A stretch of DNA of 35,758 nucleotides from Trichosphaerium sp. ATCC 40318 (lineage: Eukaryota; Protista; Tubulinea): NCBI GenBank assembly GCA_038496445.1, contig JALMLS010000629.1, forward strand, positions 1 to 35,758. Direction: 5' to 3'. The notes below the pieces were generated by a model that saw only the letters and a list, made by a program, of their open reading frames with translations, was not told the DNA's origin and ran no database searches. A program made the translations under genes and the position numbers. This document shows positions 24,984-35,758 of the stretch, piece after piece; position 1 is the first letter of the stretch, and each line of letters opens with the position of its first letter.

Positions 24984-27843
24984 TTATTGGAGAAAACAGA
25001 ACAAACCAAGAAGAATTAACATATTGAACAGTATGTAGAGTTTTGTTGTTGTAGAACTTGATGTTACTGACACGAATGTTGGGGTTGTTGTAGGGTTTGA
25101 AGGCTGTGTTGGTATTCCAGCTGTAGGTGTTGTAGTAGTTGGCGGTAGCGTTGTTGGTATTGATGTAGTTGTTGGACTTTGTGGAACTGTCGGTGGAGGT
25201 GTATTTGCTAAGGCTGTTGGTGATGCTGTTGAGGGAGTACTTGTAGTTGGTGCAATACTTGTAGGTGGTAGGGTTGTTGGAGTCTCTCCGGTAGGTGATT
25301 CCGTTGTCGGTGGGAGTGTGCCTGGTTGTAGCGTAGTTGGTGGCATAGTCGTTGGAGCAAGAGCTGGTGCTGCTGTTGTTGGTGGTAGCGTTGTTGGATT
25401 CGTTGTGGTGGGCGATGCTGTTGTTGGAGATAATGTTGTTGGATTCGCTGTGGTAGGCGATGCTGTTGTTGGAGGTAGAGTCGTTGGAGGTAGAGTCGTT
25501 GGAGGTAGTGTTGTTGGAGGTAGAGTAGTTGGAGGCAGTGTTGTTGGGGTCTCTGTGGTAGGCGATGCCGTTGTTGGAGGTAGAGTTGTTGGAGGTAGAG
25601 TCGTTGGAGGTAGTGTTGTTGGAGGCAAAGTTGTAGGTGGTGGCTGAGTAGTTGGCGGTGGAGGAGGGTTGTATTTGAAAGCAGAGATTCCCAAACTGAC
25701 AGTAACATTCTCTTCTGTTTTGATGACAGACAGTGTTGTAGCGTTGATGTGTACTAAGTTGCCATTTCTACAAGAGCCAACAAGAACATCACTTGATATT
25801 GGTGTGATACCTTTTAAGGTAATTGTAAGTTTGAGAACGTAAAAAAAAATGATTGATTGACGTACCTGCCATTTCACAATTGGGGATTGATGCTGAAGTA
25901 TTGGGCAAACATGAACCAGCCATAAAATTAGTTGCTTGAGTTACTTGGTTAGTACCAGCAATATACAGAACGTCACCGATAATTGTACCTAACACAATTT
26001 AGCAAAAAAAGCTTTTTGTAACTAATAGTTGTAGTGTACCACCAGACGCTAGTGTTGTTTGGTCGTTGCAATGATGAGAATATTCACAGGTCTCCATATC
26101 AATTTCTAGGATGACAGGGCCTAAACTCTCACCAAAAATCCTTCCACTTTCTGCATCTACCATCAAACCAAATGTATTAGCGACAACAGTGCAAGTCCTA
26201 TCCTATTCAAGGAAGTTAATACATAAACAATTTTTCACTGATCAACAAAATGTTTGCAAAAAAGCAACGTACGATTTCACATGTGTAAGGATCAACCGTG
26301 AATATCCTACTATTTAAATTGATGTATATGACTTTATCGATAGCACTGCTATATGCTAGTGCACTTGGAATACTACCCAGACCTGGTGTAGAACAACCTG
26401 GTAGAAGGATTAATAAATAAGGTAGAAAACAACAGTAACTTACCACCAGCAATAACATTTGTGTTTGAAATCATTCGATAATCAAATCCTGGTTGGTCTT
26501 GTACTGTATCTCCTCTTCCAGTGATAAATACATCTATTACACCTCCATCTGGAGCTATTGTAGGTTGTAGAGTGGGTGCTTCAGTACTAGGTGATGCAGT
26601 AGTAAAAGGAGCGATTGTTGTTGACACATCATAGAACATTGATGTGATTATAAGTCCATTTGATATACTTGTGGAGTAGTCTGATATTGCTCCTGTGTTG
26701 ATATTAAATTTGCTGAAGCCGAAAATAGACGATGTAACCACTTCATCATCTGAAATAAAAGCGAGTGCTAAGAAGAGTAAATCAGAAAAAAAAAAGGAAC
26801 TTAAGACATTACAAACACATACCAACAGGGGGAAAAGGTATTGCGAGAGTGCCTGTTGTAGAAGATGCAATACAATTTGGTGCATTAAAAGAAGGAATAA
26901 CTGATATTAATCCATTAATACTACTTGCTACCAGTGTTGAATCGCTAAACACGACTATAGATTGAAAGCAATTAGTAGTGGAACATAAAAGTACAAATAC
27001 GTTTAACTCTTTTGTAAAGTACGAAAATAAACGAAACGAAAAAAAACGTAGCCGGCAGTTTTCCAACCTGTAGTCTTTCCAAAAAAGGAGATGAGGAATT
27101 TCAGAAAATAAAAAATATTGTTTTGCGAAATACTCGTTTTGTAACGTAGCAAATGTAATCGAGACGCACGCGCTGATCCTGAGGCAGTTAAATTAGCTTC
27201 ACAGGCAAGGGAAAAAGTGATATCAGTCGTATTGCAGGTTGAGTAGTCTATTTCGGTAAAAAACGTAGTTCCGATTTCATTTGCTGCACTACTAATGGCG
27301 TAAAGTATCTCAGTGTTTGGATCTACGCTTATTGAAGAGAACCCGAAGCTCAAATTGCATTCCTCCTATAGTTAGTTTTAGTATTGTGTTTGCTTGAAAC
27401 TGAGGTTACATAGACCAAGGCTATCGCTCTCGGGTAGAATTAGAAAATAAAACACAAATGTAGGAGCGATAGCCGACTTTGAGTATTTGAACGTTGCAAT
27501 TCTCTTGAAAGACGTGCGTACTTGTATTTGACATGTATAAGGGTCCATAATAAGGAGGGTTGAGGCTATTGGGTTTTGTTGAGGTGTTGCAACAAAAAGC
27601 AAGTTTTTAGAAGGCAAGTATGTCATTGTTCTTACCCCTGGGATTGAGCATGCTACGATAATTTGTTAAAAAAATATAAATACTTTTTTTGTGATACGTA
27701 CAGTGTACAACTATGTTATCGTTTGCAATCATGCGTATTTGGATTCCACTGGGATCAGAATTTATAAAGGCGTTAGGGGTTTGTGTTGCGGCCAACCCGA
27801 TAATGATGGCAACGAGAACAAATGCATGTCCACTGTAATTCAT
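24984..27843 (-). CDS. Secreted, probably GPI-anchored mucin-like surface protein: two beta-rich domains and a PTTLP-repeat stalk
   Basis: Signal peptide MNYSGHAFVLVAIIIGLAAT; repeated DPYTC motif; long P/T stalk; C-terminal SSSTTTKLYILFNMLILLGLFCFLQ* with no cytosolic tail. Confidence 0.8.
25370..25660 (-). repeat. 15-bp coding tandem repeat (PTTLP/PTTAS units)
   Basis: (GTTGGAGGTAGAGTC/GTT)n on the + strand, encoding PTTLP x4, PTTAS, PTTET, PTTLP x5, PTTAS... Confidence 0.92.
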
Positions 27844-28299
27844 TGCAAGTTATGCTTTGCTTGTTATGTTGGTACAATTTTGTTTTTGGTTAGCTAAAAC
27901 CTGGTCCAAAAATAGAGTGTGTTCCTAATTATTCTATTATTCAGAAAAAAATTCCACTTGCGTTTTTTTGCATTAAGTTATCATCTGATATCCGGCACAG
28001 CATCAATCATCAATTTGACAACAAACTTTCTTGGATAAAAGTGGCTAGGCCTCATACGCTTATTTACGCGTAGAATAGCGGACCTAGAGTATGTACAAGG
28101 TCGTTTGTGGAGTTTTACCAGAAAGGAGATTTTATAACTTCTTACACGAGTTGCTCCCTTAACATCAATGACAACAGCGACAAAGAGATTTCATATGAAT
28201 AACAAGGTAGTGAAATGAAACAATTCCGGAAAATAAGATTCCGTCTGAGTTTGTGTTGCGTACTAACCACTATGCTATACCAAACGTATTAACGCTCAC

Positions 28300-28850
28300 T
28301 CTGGAGTATGGTGGAACCTGATACGACATTTAGGCCGTGGGTTCTTCAAAAGGCACGTGTAAAAACGTAAATACAGTGTTTGGAAAACGTAGCACAATTT
28401 GACGCAGCACGTGCTCTGTAACAGTTTCGAAAGAGAAAGTCTGGTTGACATATTAGATCTAACTTACGTAATTTTAAATTGCTTTTGTACAACTAGGACC
28501 TGATGCCAGCGTTTCTCCAACATCAGTGCTGTAAGCGCAGATATCAGATCAGGATACACTTTTGTTTCATCTAACTTCACGTTTCTTTCCAAATTTACCA
28601 GGTGCCATTGCTGGAACATGTAGCCCAAGTGGTGGCGATCTGGGTGTATTCAAGATCACAAATCACAAGTGCTGTAACGCAGATATCAGATCAGGTTTCA
28701 CTTTTGACTCTATTGAAAATCGTCCAAATCGGCCATACGTACTTTTATCGGAGAAACTAATACCACCAATGGTTGTTTTGCTTGTTTTCCTGACGGAAAT
28801 CTATTGTCGACATGACTAGTAACACTAATGTCGCTACCCTTCCGCAATAG
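28300..28850 (+). pseudogene. Degenerate 3' half of the secreted JAB-like gene
   Basis: TGGGTTCTTCAAAAG|GCACGTG; GTACAACTAGGACCTGATGCCAGCGTTTCTCC; FFPNLPGAIAGTCSPS; rearranged duplication of AGTGCTGTAA-CGCAGATATCAGATCAGG. The HxH motif is broken. Confidence 0.85.
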
Positions 28851-28859
28851 ACCATTAAA

Positions 28860-29765
28860 ATGTCGGAACATGAAAAGTGCTCAACGTGGGTCAATCTAGT
28901 AAAAAACGAAATAGCTGACCTTATGTCATCAAAACGTCACTTACATGAAATAAAACAAATCAAACCGCTTCAACAGCTTCCGCCAGAGACGTTAACACAT
29001 ATTTTAACCTACTTGGATAAAAAACAGCGTATTAGAGCTTCTACAGTCTCTCATCTATTCAATAACATCATCCGCTACAATATCGGCTTCAAAAGTATTA
29101 AATTGAAATGGATACCTGATTTCTCTGTTCTCAAAGGCAGTCCTTTACTTAAAAACACTAAAATTAATGTTGTTTGGGGTTTGAAGCTATCAAAAAGTGA
29201 CATATCATGCCTTTTTGGCGTTCATACCATAGATTTTGGGTATACAAAGGTTACAGATAGAGATATCGTCTTACTGACACAAGGAGGAAAGCATAATATT
29301 CATAGTATTAGCTTGAGCTCAACAAATGTAACAGACACTTCATTGAAAGCGCTCAGTGGTGTACACACAATAGATGTTTACAACTGTGATAACATTACTG
29401 TTGAAGGGATAAAAGCTCTTAAAGATGTACATACAATAGTGCTTGGTCGAACATATGACGCATGGCTTAGACATCTTGGTAATGTACCTATAGTTCATAT
29501 TTATGTGGGTGCCTCTGTTACAGATGATGGTATTAAATGTTTGACTAAGGTCAAACATCTTGATATAAGTTTTTCTTTTATAACAGACGAAGGGTTAAAG
29601 CAGTTAGTACATCTGGAGCATCTTACACTTTTCAATTGTCCAGGAATAACAAGTGATTGTCTTCCACACTTGAAGTTTCTCAAATCAATACACATCAATG
29701 GAGAAAACACAGCAATTACAAAGGAAGCTGTTGAAGCGTTAGGCATTACATGGAATCCTAAATAA
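28860..29765 (+). CDS. F-box / leucine-rich-repeat protein (intronless, 301 aa)
   Basis: F-box LQQLPPETLTHILTYLDKKQRIRASTVSHLFN followed by LRRs such as VTDTSLKALSGVHTIDVYNCDNITVEGIKALKDVHTI. Confidence 0.9.
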   Translation: MSEHEKCSTWVNLVKNEIADLMSSKRHLHEIKQIKPLQQLPPETLTHILTYLDKKQRIRASTVSHLFNNIIRYNIGFKSIKLKWIPDFSVLKGSPLLKNTKINVVWGLKLSKSDISCLFGVHTIDFGYTKVTDRDIVLLTQGGKHNIHSISLSSTNVTDTSLKALSGVHTIDVYNCDNITVEGIKALKDVHTIVLGRTYDAWLRHLGNVPIVHIYVGASVTDDGIKCLTKVKHLDISFSFITDEGLKQLVHLEHLTLFNCPGITSDCLPHLKFLKSIHINGENTAITKEAVEALGITWNPK

Positions 29766-30346
29766 AGTACAAATTGCAAGTTAACTAAAGATGCTAGTGA
29801 CATTGTGTTGTCTGACCCCAGTTTTGTTGTACCACGGTTCTTACACTCTTTGAGATAAATACTATAAACGCCCTTGAGTGCTTGATACCTTCACTTCTAC
29901 ACAACTGTTTACGATACTTTCGTGTACGCTTTAAGTGCTCATCACATTGTGAATAGCATCGGCCTCCTTTACCATGACATAATCGAGCAACAGTTGTCTT
30001 TGTCACACGTTTCAAGTATTATCCTTTGGCTTTCAGTGTAGGATTGATTGTTTGGGTGGTTGTATTGTTTTTGTTAAATTGGATGTTTTGGTTACAACCA
30101 AAGTGTACCTGCGCTATATTTTAGATGCTTGAGGTTTATGCAACGAAATCTAGACATTAACAATTCTAAGAAAATTTTACTAATACATTCTAGGTATTGG
30201 ATATTCTTTTAATGGTATTTCCTACACAGGAGCCTTAATATATTTAAAAAAGAAAGGGACTTGATTGTTGTGTTAAAGGGTTTTGGTTAGTTCACCACTA
30301 TGGCACACTATCGTTTCACAACGGCTGTGTCCATCATAAATAAAGG

Positions 30347-31125
30347 ATGGCACACTATAAAAAGGTACTGCATTACTAGCTAACTTTACGTAACTAAATC
30401 ACCTCAAATAGACTAGTACCGTCAAGCTTGCTGAGCACTACAGCGTTTTACACCTTCCTGTGGAGCTGCAACTTGATATTATTGATTTGGACAATGAGAT
30501 ATATCTTAAATGGCCTCTAATGTCAAAATATGCGGCGTCTACAACAAGGTTTGATAAGGACTTGAACAAAAATGGTAAGTGGTTGAAGAGAATAGACGGA
30601 GTACTGGCTTGTCAACAGTACTTCAATCATGGTCTACTGCACGGAACAAGCAAGGAGTGGCATACTGGTACTTATTCCGAGAAACTGAAGATGCAGTGCA
30701 AATACAAAGAGGGTAAACTACATGGAGAATACAAGAGGTGGTACATTGATGGCAAAGTAAGGGTGAAGTGTGAGTTTGCAAATGATAAAAGAGAAGGAGA
30801 GTACAAGGAGTGGCATGAAAACGGTAAAATAGCAGCCCTATATCATTATGTAGAGGGTAAAATAGAAGGTGAATACAAGCAATGGCATGAAAATGGCAAC
30901 TTGGCAAAGAAGTATTGTCTAATAAATGGTAAGACTGAAGGAGAATACAAACATTGGCATGAAAATGGTAAATTAAAAGAACAATGCAACTACGTTAACG
31001 GTAGAGTTCACGGTGTACTAAGATATTGGCATACTAATGGACAAATCTGGCAGCGCTGTTATTATATACAAGGTGTACAAGCAGGTGAGCACAGGTTTTG
31101 GGATGGACAAGGCATTAGATACTAA
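30347..31125 (+). CDS. F-box-like N-terminus + MORN-variant (MORN_2/YwqK-like) repeat protein
   Basis: ATG at 30347 (MAHYKK) with a phase-0 intron at 30365-30411 joins in frame to TSTVKLAEHYSVLHLPVELQLDIIDLDNEIYLKWPLMSK. It continues with about 7 24-aa repeats GK.EGEYK.WHENG.L...C.Y.NG. Confidence 0.85.
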
Positions 31126-31338
31126 AAACTAAAAACAAAGCACGTGTGCAACTTTTATAATTAAGCCTTATACTATTGCGTCGTTTAATGTACTTTGCTG
31201 TGTAGACTCGCTAACAACAAGTGCCAAAAAGTGAATCGTTTTGTGGTGTTTTTGTGCTAGGGTCTTGTGTGGACTTCGTTGGACTTTTTTTATTCGCAGC
31301 CTCACTGCATTCTTATTTTTGCATTTAGAACAACTGAA

Positions 31339-32703
31339 ATGGACGATATTGACTCACTAATATCACAATTGGAATCTCCTCGCGTAGAGAAGCAAGAAAA
31401 GGCTGCTCCTGTTGTAAAAGCTGGTTCGGTTTATTATACTTTTGCTTTCTAGTTCTAATCATGCGCCTAAGATGATAGCGACATGATAGAAAACGAACTA
31501 GCGCAACTCGTTGCAGAAATAAGTACTTATGGTGGTAGTATCACTCCACAGGCATCTCCACGCGTTGTTACACCTATTGTGCCTCGTTTAGTACCCAAAA
31601 GTACAGGTGATAGCGCCAGTGTAGGAAATGATCTATCTAAGCTTCTATCCGATATATCTGGAGCTCTTAGCGCCAGAGACGAAGAAGAAATGGCAAAATA
31701 CCGTATTGAATCGCCTCTCAGCGATTTTAGAGGCGTACGCTTTTGGTTTTACTGGTTTTTTAAGAAACGGCAATTGTTTCTCTATTTCTATCGTCTAAAG
31801 TCTATAAAGGAACGTCATTTGTCCTTAATGGGACCTACTGAGATGTTCGTTGGTCAAAAAGCAAGATGGGTTGTACTGTCAAAGGATGAGACGGTAAGAT
31901 ATCCCAAAAAAAAAACGGTTTAAAATCAAAGCAACTTTTTCTGCTGAAAACTGAACCACTGATAGGGAAGGTCTCGAAGGCTACCAGTAGATGAAATAAA
32001 TTGGATTTTTAGTGAACCATCACGTATGCGTATAACACCTTCAGATAATAGAGTACGGCCGTCCGCTTTATCCAACAACTGTTTTTTGCTCTAAGATATT
32101 CTTATTCCTGTGTAGGATTGTTCTTACTCTTTTGAATTTATGCCAACAAAGCCGGTAAAGCACATATTCTCTTTGCTTGTTGGTACAGATACATATTTTC
32201 AAAATGTTGAGGTCAGCTGCTCCGAGAGTACGTTACTTCTATTGAGAAAAAATGTACAACAATTTGCTGACATGAATTCAGTTAAACATGCACATGCTAC
32301 ACATTCCGAAGCTTTCTATTCTAAGCACGCAAAAGCAAATGAACAAGTAACTATAACTATCCAAGTAAAGGATATGAACGGAGCTTCTGTATTGAATGGT
32401 ACAGTTTGGAACAAATTACACAACAATCTATGCAATAGCTCACAATTTGTTTAACCTCAGGTGGTGCTAGTCTTGATGTTGATGGCCAAGGAAATAAACT
32501 CAAAGGTGTTAAACTGAGAGATCATCAAGATGGTACGATAGAATGAAGTTGACCCAAGCAGTAATGTTAATCCTTACAAACAAGGCAATTGCTCAGTTTC
32601 TTTCACACCTACAGAACAAAATTCTGAATACGAAATACGTATTATGATAGGTGGAGAACACGTGAAAAATTCACCTTGTGTTATCACAACAGGAAGGTCA
32701 TAA
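31339..32703 (+). CDS. Protein with paxillin-like LD motifs and a C-terminal filamin (Ig-FLMN) repeat
   Basis: N-terminal MDDIDSLISQLE, ENELAQLVAEI, NDLSKLLSDI. C-terminal ITIQVKDMNG...GGASLDV...LRDHQDGNCSVSFTPTE...YEIRIMIGGEHVKNSPC; TAA at 32701. Confidence 0.75.
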
Positions 32704-33103
32704 AATGTTGGTAACCATCTTGATGTAATCAAGTTGTTTAGACTTTAGTTTTTTCAAAAAAAGATTTCCTTGCGAGAGTACTCTAATCGCAAAAGGAACA
32801 TGTATTTCAATAAATAATTATTAAAAACACCACCTCATCTCATACAAGGGCAATATCAATGTAGCTACTTTCGAATTGAAAGCAGTCTGTCGATTGATTC
32901 TTCCGATTCAGAACCATAAATGTACTAGATATTATGTTGACTTGCCTGAAACAGTATCGTGTGTATTTCAGCTTGAAACTATGTCAGGCCATAGTCAACA
33001 TATGTAAGTTACATTCCCAAAGGTGGTACTTGGTCTGTCAGACGCAGACATCATGTCAAGGTTCAAAATAAGAAAAAAAGTGCCAGCAACGAGTATTTGT
33101 TTA

Positions 33104-34172
33104 TTACAATAGGTCTACATGGCCGTTACTTGCTGTGAGATCTACAATGTTTTGATCGTCTGGAAAACAATCAAGACATCCATTGGTGGTATTCTTTACT
33201 CCCGTCAAAGAACCGGATAGGAAGACATTCAATTGAGTCATTGGAAACTTGAAGCTTGAAACGCCGTTACAGATCCATGCGTTTTTCATGTTCTCGTTTT
33301 GCATGAAGTACTTGAATGTATTCAAGTCAGGATCGCTTGGCACACATGTTCCAGCGATGTCACCTGGTAAATTTGGAAAGAAAGGGTGAAGGTGAAGGAA
33401 TGAAACAAAAGTGTATCCTGATCTGATATCTGCGCTTACAGCACTTGTGATTTGTGATGTTGGAGAAACGCTGGCATCAGGTCCTAGTTGTACATAAAGG
33501 CGCCAATCATTCCCCTAAACATTACGCAAGTCAAATTGTGCTACGTTTTCCAGGCACTTTTTTATTTTGTCACGTGCCTTTTGAAGAACCCATGTGCCAA
33601 ACTCAGACGGATTCTTATCTAATGGAAATCTTTCATTTTGGAGGTTGTACAACAGATATTCAGGCATGTGATGTTTGATATTGTTCCTACTTTTCCGTCC
33701 AACATAACATCCCAATTTTTGGTTGACAATCCAGCACCAGCGAAGATTTTACGTTGTCTCTTTTTTTTCAAGTTAGTGTTTTACTTTCTTTGTACGTTTG
33801 GTGCGTTTGCGTACTTCGAGAAGTGCTCGTTGGTCAAGAGGTCAACTGCAGATGAAAAAGTCTTCAGTACCCAACTCTTCCAGTTATTGTATGATGTTGG
33901 TGTTGCTGGAGGACTCAACTGTGTTGAGAGAAGAGTAGGACTACAGAAATGTAAACAAGTTGTTTAAAAAAGGAGAAAAACAAGCATTAGACACAAAGAG
34001 TGAACAGGTGGTAACAGAGGATCACGTGCGTGTTTGGTTGATCTATTTTGTAAAGAACGAATTTACCAACAGTGTTCCATACTGTTGGTTGTGTTTGCCA
34101 AGCGCATTGAGATGCAGATAAAACGATGAAAGAGGAGAAGAGAAGAAAAGCGGCTTGAACTTTCATTTTCAT
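33104..34172 (-). pseudogene. Full-length paralog of the secreted JAB-like gene carrying two 1-nt deletions
   Basis: Same exon structure and GC donors as 11546-12654, with HLHP...VPSDPD retained. GACCCTCTT becomes GACCTCTT (~33840) and CTGGAGTAT becomes CTGAATAT (~33662), shifting the frame. Either a recent pseudogene or sequencing indels. Confidence 0.75.
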
Positions 34173-34236
34173 TTTCAACTTATTTTTTTATTTTTGACCA
34201 AACAAAGACTTTTTAGGTACTTTACTTCAATATTGT

Positions 34237-35758
34237 TTATATGATAAGGCAGACTAACAAGTATCCACAAAGCAGACCAATGCTACTTTCTAATACAACT
34301 GCACTAGATAGTTGAGTACTATTGTACGGAGGTGTGAATGAATCAGGGCTACTGGTTGTTGGCTCTTCAATAGGAACACCTGCTTGCGCAGGTGAGTTCG
34401 AACTACTGGGTCCTGCAGTTGACGGAGTATGTATTGGATTTGGTGATGGCGTAGTCACTGGATTAGCAATAGATGTTTTCGTTGGCGGTCGTGTAGAAGG
34501 GGGAATTGTAGTGGGTGGATCTGATGGTGGTGGCGCTGTGGGTGGAGGTGGGCATAAGTAAGTTTCATCAGCAAAAAAAATTGACACAGTCGTTGATCCT
34601 TGGGTTACAACCTTATTTATTATTAGAATTAATATGAGTATGGATAACACGTACCACACCTAAACCGCATCTAGTTCCACTCTCGGGTATCCAAGCTAAG
34701 TCCTGAGTTACAGGTTGATAAGGTTCATTTGGTAAGATGTTTGTAATGTGATTGTTTTCACTTGTGATGGAGAACAGAAGTGTCTGTCTACGCCCACTTG
34801 TTCTTATTACAGATGCTATAAATGCTTTACTATCATTTGCAGCCGGAGCTATGACTACGTTGTTAGATTTTGAATCAATTTCTATGTCTGTTGCAATAAC
34901 ATCTTCGTGAACTTTTTTAGGGACTTGTCGCGAATCAAAACAGTCTAGCGTAAGCTGTGTCAGTCGCACTGTATCTAAAAATAAAAATGACAACACAGCA
35001 GCTTGTTTTGAAACAGGGTCATAAGCGACATCACGAAAGAAGTGAGTTGTGACACCTCTATTAGATGTAAGGTCCATCATCTAATCACAAGTTAAAGACA
35101 TGTAAACAAAAGAGCTTTTTTGTTATTTACCTCTGTGTATGGAGAAGTGATTGTCCTTGTTTCGATGTTACTACCCCTGTGAAATAAGAAAAGGAAGCAC
35201 TCATCCATAGCAACAGCTGTTGTGTCTCTGACTGGTAAAGTCATGGAGGGAATAACTAAGTGTTGATTAGTTAAAAGTACCTTAATCAGTTGTTGTAATG
35301 TACAGTTAGTGTTCAGTTTTTTAACTTGCTTGTCCGCATTTACAAAAATAGGAAAATATGATTCTCTCACAATCAAGTAAGTACTCGTAGCTAAAGTGCA
35401 CGTGTTTAGTACTGATAACTTAACAAGTTAAGTCACTTACGTCTTGCAAATGTAAAGCCTAACTGTGCATCATACACTGTTGTCCCAGTATGTAGTTCAA
35501 GAGGATCCGACACCGTCAAATCCTATGCAAAATTAACACTATGGAAGCTTTGCAGCACGTACTCCTCCAGTATAACTAACAAAGCGGAGAAACATTGTAT
35601 ACCTTGAAGTTGCAACTGTATCTCGACTCAAAATCGCAAATTCATCCTTGCCATAAATAACTTGTACAAAAGCTGATCTCGCTGTTATTCTAACTACACT
35701 TGCTGTTCCACCAGATATTTCTACAACTATTTGTTTAATAATAGCCAAAGAGCGAGAA
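34237..35758 (-). CDS. Pro/Thr-rich, probably GPI-anchored surface protein (5' end outside the window)
   Basis: Beta-propeller-like exons (DVAYDPVSKQ, DIEIDSKSNNVVIA, DLAWIPESG), then a PPPPTAPPPSDPPTT stalk and terminal SSAVVLESSIGLLCGYLLVCLII*. Confidence 0.75.

Noticed and set aside
25208-25708. Gln-rich (-) and Gly/Val-rich (+) ORFs
   Set aside because: They are alternative-frame and antisense shadows of the PTTLP repeat.
30460-31125. Bacterial YwqK toxin-antitoxin system
   Set aside because: This is only the generic MORN-variant repeat. There is no toxin partner and the gene appears to have a spliceosomal intron.

Overview
AT-rich, intron-dense eukaryotic DNA, most likely from a protist or amoeba: many 25-120 nt spliceosomal introns, standard code, and no operons or CRISPR. 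Genes that can be rebuilt from exons: an ankyrin-repeat + PARP-like ADP-ribosyltransferase (-), an MFS/GPH sugar symporter (-) with tRNA-Arg(CCU) inside an intron, a BTB-BACK protein (-), a bacterial-type class Ic aspartate aminotransferase (+), a truncated SNF2/Rad5-like protein (+), two Pro/Thr-rich putative GPI-anchored surface proteins (-), an intronless F-box/LRR gene (+), an F-box-like/MORN-variant gene (+) and an LD-motif/filamin-repeat gene (+). Overlaid on these is a locally duplicating family of secreted proteins with a JAMM/JAB-like E...HxH...SxxD motif: one intact copy, one frameshifted copy and three remnants. Its copies sit next to pieces of a WxxW-domain gene and of the F-box/LRR gene, and one carries a 364-bp hAT-type MITE (18-bp TIR, 8-bp TSD). 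At least four independent introns use a GC donor with the identical sequence GCACGTG. Gene models were built by eye, so some boundaries are approximate.
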